Source of the DNA: Macrostomum lignano
Taxonomy: Eukaryota
Reading direction: 5' to 3'
Assembly: GCA_002269645.1 (NCBI GenBank)
Contig: NIVC01000622.1
Location: 124,001-188,000, forward strand
DNA: 64,000 nt
Shown: in pieces, positions 1 through 10,818 of the stretch
How the letters are laid out: every line of letters starts with the position of its first letter
How positions within the stretch are numbered: the stretch's first letter is position 1
Position numbers and translations under genes: made by a program
Notes under the pieces: generated by a model
What the model was told of the DNA's origin: nothing
What the model saw: only the letters and a program-made list of their open reading frames with translations
Database searches by the model: none

Positions 1-1073
1 TGGGACATTTGAGCATTCAAGCTTCTCAGTCGGATGACGGACAAGGTGGTCCATGGTTTGAAAGCTCGAAAACTTCGACTTCAACACGACAGCTCCAATC
101 TACCCCAACATTCCTTTAGATGCCATACAGTCGATATACAGCTGAAGCCGTCTCTTAGCTCTGTCAAAAATACACGAATAATAATAAGATGTAATAATAT
201 ATTAGGAAAAATAATGATAATAATAAGTGAAACACTGAAAGACCTAGCTGCTAAATGTCGGCAGGTCTGTATCTAAACATTACCATAACTTATTTAACAT
301 CCTAGAGCGACGGACACTCCTTGCATTGCACCGGACCGTCATCTTTGCTCACACCAAAGAAAAGCTAGTTGAATGAATATACTACAGCTACTCCAAGGCA
401 GATGAAGAAATCTGTAGAGCATTGCATGATTTAGAATGATGAACAGCAATAAGGGGTCGAACTTTTGTTGCTCGATATCAATTTCTACAACCGAATTCTG
501 GTTCGAGCTTCACATCTGCTTTTTTTCTAAATCCTGATCTCCAGAGAGCATCAGACTCCGTGCTCTGAAAATGTTGCATATAATGGGCTCACCTAGAAAA
601 AAATCACTTCTTTATTATGCACTGTACGTCACTCTAACTCTAAAGATTTATAGTTCAGTTCTTTTTCATCCTACATATGTTATGAGCAACAGGCTAAGAG
701 CAAATTTATTATTATTCACAGCAGATCTTCGAATATTTTTAGGATTTTTCTTTGTTTAATCATTCTTCAATCATCAGTTCAAAATTGCAAAGAAGCAAAA
801 CAATTAAAATATTTTTTCAGAGTTGCTATTTGGCTTTGTCAAAGCCAAGCCAGGCTTTCATGATAGTTTTGCAAATTCACCGTAAGGACTTACGTCTTCA
901 TGCTTTATTTCGAATAAAAGATGTTATGATAGCAACTTGAGGCTAGTAACAAGCCTCACTGTATTTTACGCACTCATTTTCAGAGGATATTAAGGTGTGA
1001 GTCAGTGTTTATTCATGGTTTTAAAATCGTCCTTGATTATCAAGAGTCGTCCAAAAAGTCATCGCGTTGTTTC

Positions 1074-1789
1074 TCAGCCACGCTGGTAAAGATTCCAGTC
1101 GGGTCCGGTCAGGCTGGCTGGCGGGTAGGCGAACGCCAGCAGGTGGCAGGCGAGCAGCCGCTTGGAGAAAACGGCGGCCTGGCAGTCGGCTCTGGCGCTG
1201 CACTTGGCCAGGCAGTGCATGACGGATGGGGTAGCAGCCGGCCAGAACGAGGTCTTGCTGGTCTCCACAGTGAGGGCGGAATTCTTCAACAGATTGTAGA
1301 AATTGTTTTCTGAAATGGATTTGTTTAGAAATTTCTTTGTATTAATATTTGTGGTAAATATTTTCAATATATTTTAACATTACTCGGGTAGGCCAAAGAG
1401 AAAATGGAGCTGGTGCCGAAACCTCCGCAAGTCTGCAGCGAGTTTCCAGCGCACTGCATATCGCACTTGCTATCGTCAAGTTTTCCATGTAATCCATAGC
1501 TTGTGCCGCAGAAGCACTGCTCGCTGAACTGCACTCCGAAGTAGGGGAAGCCGCCCAGAGAACAGACGTCGCTGCAGAATTCGAGCGACATGTCACCGTT
1601 ATTTATTATGCCGATATTAGCATCAATGGTGTACAGCCCAAGCCTGCTCACTCCTTTCAGTGCGGTCAAGTCTCTGTTAGAGTTGTCACCGTCTTGGTAG
1701 CATCCGACGTACGAGATTTGAGCAACCCTGCCTGCAGCACAGGTCAGTAGAGCGCACAGCAACAGTGACTGAAACATGCATATGCTCAT
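1074..1789 (-). CDS. Secreted WSC-domain + PAN/apple-like protein, copy 1 (exons 1789-1384 and 1309-1074)
   Basis: Signal peptide MSICMFQSLLLCALLTCAAG. WSC motifs YVGCYQD, CSDVC, YFGVQFSEQCFCG, KCDMQCAGN, TCGG. Phase-1 intron GTAATG(1383)..TTTCAG(1310) joins in frame to an exon with CLAKC-SARADC-x10-CHLL, ending in TGA. Confidence 0.85.
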
Positions 1790-2290
1790 TGAGAAGAGCA
1801 AGTGGCTTTAATTTTAAAACAAAGTAGTCTAATGCATCTCAAGGCGTGCGTCACTTTTATAGTTTAGTGAGTACTGGAAGCAGTAATTTAGCTGCTTAAT
1901 TTTTATCCAATCAGCTTTAAGATCGCAGTTTTTTACAACAGATAGAAACTAGACGAAGGTATTTGCCATGTTAAATACTGATTATGACCTAGTTTGGTAT
2001 TTTTGGCTATTTTAACAGCCAGAAAGCAGATTAACGTAAACTATAAACATCTGATCTCAGATCTGACTGCTGTTGTTGCGGTTTTTGTGGTAAAATGAGA
2101 CTGAGAACTACTTTTAGATAAAACAGGCGGCATTGTAGTGTAAACTCACGATGACTTTTATTTTTTGTCCCAGAGGTCTCCATAGTTTTGATAACTTGAG
2201 AATTTTAAGCTCTGGGGTCAATGGTGACGTTATCAAGCAGCAGCTCTCGTATTTGTGCCGTTTCGGCCCTAGGAAGCATAGACATACTTC

Positions 2291-3203
2291 TATTGTGTCA
2301 TACTTCGCGGGCCGCATCATTTCATTTCGGCCCGCTTCTAGATGCAGGGCTAAGCTAAATATGCAGTTTTCGATATACCATTTTTACCATAGACTATAAT
2401 CCCGGGCCGAATCGTTGTTTCTGCCCGTAGCGTGGCTGAGTGCAAAAACTGGGGTGGGGGGCTTCGCCCCTACATTTAAACCATATATAAAATCAACCAG
2501 AGTCTGACTACAGTTAAGTAGTGGATATCAGAATTCTTTTCATTCTGAATTTACCTTCGTTTTTTGTCAACCTGCTGAGCTAGAGAAAAATGATCAATTT
2601 GTCAAGAATCGCGACTATAGATATCTCCGGACTTGACACTCTATGGATGAAATCAAGGCTGTAACAGGTCAGTGTTCAGTTGTTTTTGTAGTGTGCTAAT
2701 TTATAGATTATATAAGCATCACTCTAAAGAAACCGATTTTTTGTAGGTCATCGCTGCGATGAATCCGTCAATCGATACACCAAGCGCATCTCTGAGAAGA
2801 GAAAGATCCAGGTTTCTCGCAGTCTTACGGAGGCATTGCACTCAGAGTCGAAGATTTCGAAGGTGGTTTTAATGGAGTACCGCCAGACGGAGTACAATGA
2901 GCCTGGTTCGTCGCGCAACCCAATAGCTACTCTGGATAAGGATGGAGCTAAAATTAGCTTTTTTCTTTTATAGAGGCAAGCGGTGAATGGAAGCAAGATG
3001 TGAACCTGAAACGGACAATTAATTTTCCTACATTGTCACATTAATTTTCTACATTTAATGGTTATTTGTTACAACTTTTAAGTATACGTTAATTACGAGT
3101 ACATATGTTATACTCAATCGTTCTGGTAAAAGTTTGGCCATTTAATAGCCTCACATATCTTCATTTCGGCCCGGGATATGGCCTGCGAAATCTAGACACA
3201 ATA
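2291..3203. mobile_element. Putative non-autonomous DNA transposon (MITE-like) with imperfect ~27-bp TIRs
   Basis: TATTGTGTCATACTTCGCGGGCCGCAT at 2291 versus the reverse complement of 3176-3203, TATTGTGTCTAGATTTCGCAGGCCATAT. The outer TA could be a TSD. Confidence 0.45.
2580..2960 (+). pseudogene. Two exon-like segments joined by a canonical intron (unknown product)
   Basis: ACAG|GTCAGT at ~2668 and TTTTTTGTAG|GT at ~2747 join in phase to give ..MDEIKAVTGHRCDESVNRYTKRISEKRKIQVSRSLTEALHSESK.. There is an in-frame stop upstream. Confidence 0.3.
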
Positions 3204-3809
3204 AACACCTAATTACATTCACACAGTTTCATCCTTGTAATTTCAGTTATTTGCTTGTAAACATTTTAGCTCGATGTATGCAGCTACGAGCAGCAGATCG
3301 AAACTACAGCAATTTTTTGCTTCCACACATCGGTAACGATAACGTTGTAAGCAACGTTGTCAGCAATTTATTTTGATACTTCCAGCTGCAATGCGTGCAT
3401 AAAAATTTATGCATTGAATAAGTTCCCTCCTTGTTGGTTATTTTCTACAGCTAATTTTAGGACAATTCTGAATAATAATATCAGTATTATAAGCTGTGTA
3501 TACTAAACTAGAAATTAACTAATTGTTACAATATGCGTTGAAGATATTCAGAGTTTCAGCAAAAGCTGAAAGCGAACATCTATAGACTTTGAATTAAGCG
3601 AAAAATTCAGGCGGCTAAAATTGTGCATTGTACGAGCTAAAGACATTAGTGGACGTTGGGCTGTGGACGTTGTTAGACGTCAGTTTCCAACGTCTGACGA
3701 TTTTAAACGTCAAAAATCGTTAAAACTTTCAACGCAGCTATTTGCGTGGTGCATCTGAAGGCTGCGTACGGCTGTTGTGGACCATGCCTAGGTTCCAAGC
3801 CTCCCCCCC

Positions 3810-4330
3810 TCAGTTTGGTTGGCTTTTTTAGCGCGAAGCGGACGGCCTTGATCACGCCAAATGGCGCAACGATTCGTAATTCAATCTGCACTAGTTTTTG
3901 CCCTGCTCGGTTATAGTGCGTTATGCACTTGTTTTTTGCCCTCCTACCCATTGTCTCGGGTGGCCTCCCCGGTGACCAGTTCTGGCTGGTTAGGGTGGGT
4001 GCTCTGGCCCTTTGTTTGAGCCGTCTCACTCCCCCCGCGGCCTGATTGGTCGTTCGACTGTTTTAGCTACGCTGGGCAGCTCCGATTGGCTAGGTGAGGC
4101 TTCCCTCTCTGTCACTTATCCTTTTTTCTCTGTCCAAGCCGGTTTGGCGGTATTTATGCGTCTCATTTTACTTAGAAAAGACTCTCGCTCGCCGCTCTCG
4201 CCATTTTCCTTGCTGCGATTGTATTCCTGTGTTTGTTAAGCGACAAAACCAAAAATAAACAGACGAAGCGCGGAGAAAGCTAGACAGAGATTAGAGAATA
4301 TATTCAGATATGGATCATACAAACCTAGAG
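3810..4330 (+). mobile_element. LTR-like promoter-bearing repeat remnant
   Basis: GC-rich segment with two GATTGG (CCAAT) boxes, TATTTAT, a CT-rich tract and AATAAA (~4254). The organisation resembles the solo LTR at 20518-21495. Termini and TSD were not resolved. Confidence 0.3.
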
Positions 4331-4339
4331 ATTAGAGAC

Positions 4340-5760
4340 TCAGCAGCTTAAAGAAACAAGCAGCAAATGAGCAAACTCGACCCGAGTTTCGCCTGATTGA
4401 TTAAACTGGTAAGCGCTGTCGTTGTTTTGCTCCTTTCCGGGGTTGTCAAAACTGCGGCTACAAAGATTTAGAGCAGTGCGTCCCAACGCATGAGTATCGA
4501 TTTTCATACAGTTATTTGTTGAGCTACTGATGCAGTACATCAGCGTACCCGTATTTGTTTAATAGTAACAATATAACAGTATACTAGAGATTTGACGATC
4601 TACTTCGTAACGTAACCTAAGCAGCCGCGGCAATAAGGCCGACCTGGTTAGTGCCTTGCTCGCAGCCCCAGACCAGTCGTGGACAGATTTTCTACTACAA
4701 GTACTAAAAATCGCAGTGAGTTTACTAAGCCTGCTGGCCCAGTTGCTTCCTTGATGTGTGCCATGATGCCGGTTTATACCAGGATGATAATGGCATTGAG
4801 ATGCTTGATAGATTGTTGTCACAGAACAGGGCAAATGAACAGATGGAGTGTTCGGGCAGGCGCAATGCTCTTTTCTTTTGATTCGTGATTTCAGGTGATG
4901 GAGAAGGGCAGGTACATGCACATGGTGTTTCGGTAACGGCACATCACGCGTCTCGGTAAACGACAGTGGTACGAAGTAAGGTGAGCCCTAAGTTTAAGTC
5001 CATCAAGATGGTTACAGCCTCTATCGGCAATGGCGGTCAAGTGGATAACGGTGCGACGCGGCCTGGCTAATATTTCGGTTTAGAGTGTACCTGGGTGATT
5101 TTCTGGTTGCGGCCCAGGGCAAGGAGTGTATGGAGGCTCCGAAAGAGCTGATTATTGTGCGTATTTTACTCTGGTGGCGAAGTGCCTTCAGATCAGAAGC
5201 TCCCTGATTTCCAGCCACTCAATCGGCTCGATCAGCAAAACAGATGCCAGAAGTGCCATTTTGCGCAATGGTGTCAAAATAGTGGACTGTCTGTATGCTA
5301 ATTAGGATCTTAATGCTGCATGAGATTGTTGTTGCCATGCTCTGCTTATCCTCTTTATGTTGATGTAGCTATTTGCAGCTGGGTGACTCCGTCTATGGCA
5401 CTGATGGCCCTTCTAAGGTACAGGCCCACCGAAGGGATGAGAAACACGTCCTTTATTAAAAAAACAAAAAATAGCCAGAGCTAAGGCTACCTGAAAAGAA
5501 GCTAGCTCGTATTGTTCGGTTATTGGTGATGGTTCCATGAGGAGTGCCTACTTAAATGACAGTTCGGTATGATAAACAGAGTTGCAGCCGCTGTTCCAGA
5601 CTGCCATGCTCATTGATGTTAGGTGTAGGATTGATGTGTGTGCTTTTCAAGTGCCTGTCGGTTACGACGTTTTCGCGGACCCGAGCTCCAAGTGCACACG
5701 GTTGACAATATGCGCGATTTTTATTCTGAGTGCATGGCACTGTAAACTGACGTTTCAATG
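4340..5760 (-). mobile_element. Degenerate DNA transposase remnant (hAT-like, BED-finger-like N terminus)
   Basis: ORF 5552-5758 contains RAYCQPC..G..RHLKSTH, matching the BED zinc-finger pattern. Downstream frames are heavily interrupted. Confidence 0.3.
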
Positions 5761-6539
5761 AGATCGTTTGGCATGCTCTCTGACCTGCTGCCTCGTTTTT
5801 CTCATTCTACAGGCCATCCGCGCCAGACTCCCGACCGTTTCAATAAGCACTCCTTCTAGATATTAGGGTAGAGTTTAACATAGGTTTAGTTCAGGGAGAT
5901 TTTCAACAGCCAATTTGTGGCACCCCAGAACGGCTCGCTGGGGGAGTTGCGTGATGTGCTTTAGGGAGGTTGTAGCTTCCCCTCCTCTGTTTGCACTGCA
6001 TTATTTGGGGCTTCTTGTTGCGCCCTGAAGCCTATCGATCAGGACCTTTTTCCCTTGCTGGCCCGTGTACTCATACATGTAACTGTAGTTGCGAAACCCG
6101 TGGCGGTCGGCTCTGCTGAAACTTTGCTAACTAGACTAGCTGATTTCATACGGTAAAGGCTCGATCTACTGCATCCTACTCAAAAATTTAAAACAATCAG
6201 CCCCAAGGAAATTTGCAGCGGCCCATAATAACAGCAGCTCTTGTCTTCTGTTAACTCCTTGCGCTATTCTGTCTTAATTCTGTCGGTGATGAAGTGGACA
6301 GCAAAAACGTCCAAGTGTTTTGTGGCGCCACTAAGTTTTGTGTATTTATTAAATGACTATATAAGTTTACTTTACGAGTACTGTACTCATAGAGTGGTGG
6401 CTTGCGTGCTACAATATAAATTGATATGATTTTCACCGGCATTTTCTGTCGTAAATCCTCCCTAATCAACTTCTTCTAATTTATAACTACGACACGACAT
6501 TTTTGCCGACTCAGATTAGACTGCTAATTAATAGAGTGC

Positions 6540-7600
6540 TTGCTTCTATTCAACGCTAACCTGTTCATTCCGACGACTCGCCGATGAAAGCTGTATCAAA
6601 AATGCGTCCAGACGCGGGTGAAGTCTGTGTTGGTTGCGTTCTGACGCATCGGATTCCAGGACTCGTCTATCGTACTCAGTACTGTACCCTGTATGCTGTA
6701 CCGCTACGCTTAGGTCAAGAATTCAGGGATGCAACATTTTTCTGCGCATTAAAGCCAAACGATTGTTGGTGCAGCACGAAATTGAAAGACAGCTGGGGCT
6801 CTGATAAACCGGATTTGAGATGAAAATTAAGATTCAGTCAAAACTAAATTTTAAATAAACAGACAGTATAGACGCATGGATGTGTTACTTATGCAAACAA
6901 GCTTTCCATTCCAATGATGGACACCTGGCAATGGTTTTGAAGCTCAAATGCTGCCACTACAACCAGCATTCTGCCCAGCATTCCCATCAATACCATACAG
7001 TCGATATCCAGGAGTAGCTTTAATAAAACACCTGCATTGGCATCGGTAGGTCTGCATCTAAAAGTTACAGTGATTTCTTCGCCAACAGTGATGGAGTGAC
7101 AGATACTTCTTGCATCACGCCAGGCCCTCTTTGTCTACGCCAAAGTAAACCTCGTTGAAGATTCTGCAGCTCCCCCAAGAAAGCTGAGCATTGCGGACAT
7201 GATTTGGAATGATGGGCATTAATAAGGTGTGCTTGAGTGGCTCAGTATCAGTTTGTTCATCCCTACCTCTTAGACGCTCAATCTGCTATGCTGCCCACTC
7301 TTGTAGTGTTTTTCAGCCATCTAAAATACTTTCTTCAGTCCCTTACGTCTGTCACGAAATTAGATGCAGGGATACTGTTACAAAATGTGTTTTGTATTTT
7401 TCTGGCCAAAAGAAAACCGAAAGATGTTCTGCAGAGCACAAGTAAAAATCGAGTGTTCCTGTGTCTGTATCCTGGGTCACCTAGACAAAATTCGCTTTTG
7501 CGTATATGCTCTGTACTGACGCTATTGAAGTTTAATAGTTCAGTTGTCCGGTCACTACAAATAAGTCCTACTTAATCCCACTGATATTTTGAGCCACAGT
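6540..7600 (-). pseudogene. Duplicated block: 5' remnant/upstream region of the BTB-like pseudogene
   Basis: Visible nucleotide similarity to 14280-15100, 24240-24990 and 1-760 (e.g. AAGCCGGAxTTGxGATGAAAATT, GCATTGCATGATTTAGAATGA, ATGGGCTCACCTAGA). Confidence 0.5.
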
Positions 7601-8162
7601 CTAAGAAGCAACTTATTTTTATCGATAATAACCTTTACCTATTTTTCCTTGACAGGAATCTGTAACTTTCAACACCATATCGAACTATTTTGTTGCTCTG
7701 CCATGAGAGACAATTTGAGACAGCTTGAAGACTGCCTGAAAAGTCATCTTTTAATCTTGTAAAAAAAACTTCTCACGAGAAATCTTTGTCTCACAACTTG
7801 CCTCGAACAGTTAAGATTTAGTTTCGGGGGTTCGGGATTTAGGTAGTGATTTCCCTAACAGCCTCGCTGCCTAATTATGTAAGCGTTTGCCGATGTCAAA
7901 TTGCTACACGGGCTACTCACCGACTGTAGGCCAGCCAATCGGGTCATAAAAAGAACAACAGCCCCATGACGCTAACTCCTTAGTACTGGACGCCATAAGG
8001 GAAGGTAGAAGGTAGAAAGCGTCCAATGAAATTCTTGCTTTTCTGCTGCGTCTTCACTTTTATACAACACAGAAGTTAATTTTTTAGGTTTACTTTACCA
8101 CCGCGTGTTACTTTCTATTCCCGCGTAGCTTCTGCGTACTACTTGCAAGTCTTTTGAGTCTA

Positions 8163-8683
8163 GGGTTGTAGCCTAGTAGTAAGAGCGTCGGACTCACGGC
8201 TTGAAGGTCGGGGGTTCGATTCTTGACGCACTTAAAAACCGTTTGTGCCCTTGAGCAAGAAACTAAACTCTGCATTTGTTGTATGAACGACGCACTTTAT
8301 TTTTCATTTGTGGAATGCATTACAGTGCTCATGTCTATGTGCTTGACTTGAGTGCTCTTAATGAGCCGCGACTAAAAGAGAAAGAAAGAACAAGTCGCGG
8401 CTGCAGGATAAAATATAAAGTGCGCTGGTAACTCGTTTCAATTAAACATCACGGGCTTCGACATTAATGTCGTTGATCTGGAAGAGTCTATCGAGACTGG
8501 AATTATACACGTAGTCTTAGAATTAACAGAAGAAATAAAAAGCATTGCTTCAGTTCACACATCTGTAAAATAGGTACCAGCATTAGCTGGGGTAATTGAG
8601 GGTGTATGTGGCGACCCCCCAGTCCTTGGACTCAACAGCCCTACTGAAGCTATTGCGCTTCAGATACGAAGCGCAATAGCTGC
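8163..8683 (+). mobile_element. tRNA-derived SINE, interrupted by a 265-bp insertion
   Basis: A box TAGCCTAGTAG, B box GGTTCGATTC, CORE-like GTGCCCTTGAGCAAG..AACTCTGCATT. The body matches the intact copy at 19922-20177. The insertion 8277-8541 is flanked by GCATT duplications. Confidence 0.75.
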
Positions 8684-9548
8684 CAATGCATTGTCGGTTG
8701 CACATCTGGCCGTATTGGGGAAGGTGTAATCAAAAGTTATTATTATTTCTATTATTATTATTGCGCTTCAAAAGCTAACGAAAACTTAAAATAAACGATC
8801 TTAAGATCTTGCTGCAAAATTTATTGTAAAATGGGAAATTTCTAGAAGCGCGAAAATAGATGCTGTCCATTCCGCCGACTCCCCTGAGCAGGCACGCAAG
8901 CGCGCGGATACGTGCGCAGTCATACGCACAGACGCACACTCACACAGGAGTGTACTGCGGCCCTACTTTATTTATCGTTAGGCATGTACTGTGCCCGGTG
9001 GTTTGGCCTTCTATGGCGTTGATTGCACGAGCAGAGCCAAGCCGAGATTCCAATCTTGCCAGAAAATAATTTAACTGCACTTGGAATCGAGCCTTGGGCC
9101 GCTGGCACATCAGAGCGCCGCGCTAGACCACAAAGGTGTCGGTACCGTCTGACACTATGGCCCTCTAGTGTTGGACCATGCATTGAGGGTACCGTTCGCA
9201 TCGGCGGGAGAGCACATAGGAAAATAAGAATGCCAGAGTGCATAGTCAATTAAAAAAAGTATGTACAGGACAGGTGTTGGACAGGACTTAAATCGTAATT
9301 AAAAAGCTGAAGTAGTTTGTTTGTTTGCCGATAGTTTGCCATTTATTTTGCAAATTCAGTGTCAGGACTCAAGACGTCGAACTTTATTTCGAATACAAAA
9401 AATTATAATAAAAACGTGATATTGGTAACAAGCCGAACAGTCTTTTAACGCACTCACTTTCAGTTCAGAGAATATCGGAGTTGTTACTCAAAGTGTAAAA
9501 ATCCTCACAAATAGCCAGAAGTCATCCAAAAAGTCAACGCGTTCTCCC

Positions 9549-10298
9549 TCAGCCACGGTGGTAGAGAGTCCAGTCAGGTCCAGTCAGGCTGAATGGCGGG
9601 TAGGCGAACGCCAGCAGGTGGCAGGCGAGCAGCCGCTTGGAGAAAACGGCGGCCTGGCAGTCGGCTCTGGCGCTGCACTTGGCAAGGCAGTGCATGGCAG
9701 ATGGGGCAGCGGCCGGCCAGAACGAGGTCTTGTTGTTCACTATAATGAGAGTGGAATGCTTCGACATCGTGTAGACATTTTTGTCTGAAATGGAAATTTT
9801 AAGCATTTTTTGTAAAACTATTTGCCGAGTTGGTCTATTACATTTGTCCGGATTTAAGGCAAAATTACTTTTTTCGGTTTTTTCAACTTTAATCGGGTCG
9901 GCCAAAGCAAAAACGGAGTTGGTGCCAAAGCCTCCGCAAGGTTGCAGAGAGTTTCCAGCGCACTTCCTTCTGCACTTGCTCTCGCCAAGTTTCCCATGCG
10001 ATCCATAGCTTGTGCCGCAGAAGCACTGCTTGCTGAACTGAACTCCGAAGTAGGGGAAGCCGCCCAGAGTGCAGACGTCGCTGCAGAACTCGAGCGACAT
10101 GTCAGCATTATTTATTATGCCGATATTGGGATCAATGCTGTAAGGCCCCAGATTTTTCAATCCTTTCAGCGCGGTCAAGTCTCTGTTGGAGTTGTCACCG
10201 TCTAGGTAGCATCCGATGTATGAGATTTGAGCAACCCTGCCTGCAGCACAGGTCAGTAGAGCGCACAGCAACAGTGACTGAAACATGCATATGCTCAT
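9549..10298 (-). CDS. Secreted WSC + PAN/apple-like protein, copy 2
   Basis: 249-aa open frame paralogous to copy 1. The orthologous donor is mutated to TT (9892). The 108-nt intron is in frame and stop-free. A phase-compatible cryptic GTAATT lies at 9868, with acceptor TTTCAG at 9785. Confidence 0.8.
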   Translation of the reverse strand: MSICMFQSLLLCALLTCAAGRVAQISYIGCYLDGDNSNRDLTALKGLKNLGPYSIDPNIGIINNADMSLEFCSDVCTLGGFPYFGVQFSKQCFCGTSYGSHGKLGESKCRRKCAGNSLQPCGGFGTNSVFALADPIKVEKTEKSNFALNPDKCNRPTRQIVLQKMLKISISDKNVYTMSKHSTLIIVNNKTSFWPAAAPSAMHCLAKCSARADCQAAVFSKRLLACHLLAFAYPPFSLTGPDWTLYHRG

Positions 10299-10818
10299 TG
10301 AGAAGCACTAGTGGCTTTAATTTTTAAGCAAGTATTTTAATGCATCTCAGTGCGTGCGTCACTTTTATAGCTTCTTGAGTACTGGCAGCATTAATGAACA
10401 GCTTTCTATCTAATCAGTTTTGAGCTAGAAATTGCTGGTAGTACTTTGAAAGATGAAAACTATAGACGAAGGCAGATGAGCGTAAAGTAAAAACCTCTAA
10501 AGTTCCAAAATCTATTCGGACTGCTGCTGTTTTGGCTTTGGTCTTTAGATGGGATTAAGAGGTGCTTTTAGATAATGTAGAGCGAACTAGCAACTAATTG
10601 TTACAATATTCGGGACTTCAGTAAATAATAAAAACGATAAATTAGACGTCAGAGGGAATGTGAACTTGAGAGTCAAATGGAGCCTGAAGCATTGGGTCCC
10701 GATTTCTCTGCGCCAATCCCTTTATTTCGAGCCAAATAGCTCCCGTTATGCAGAAAACCCTACCACTTTAGTATTTGGGGATCTCTATGAGGAGAAATAG
10801 GATAAATAGCGATTTTAA

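Noticed and set aside
8163-8235. Possible tRNA genes (also 20100-20177 and 38461-38500)
   Set aside because: A/B boxes are present but there is no closing acceptor stem. They continue into a shared SINE body, or are too degenerate.
8860-9260. GC-richer segment with short ORFs before WSC copy 2
   Set aside because: No motif, splice structure or termini were recognised.
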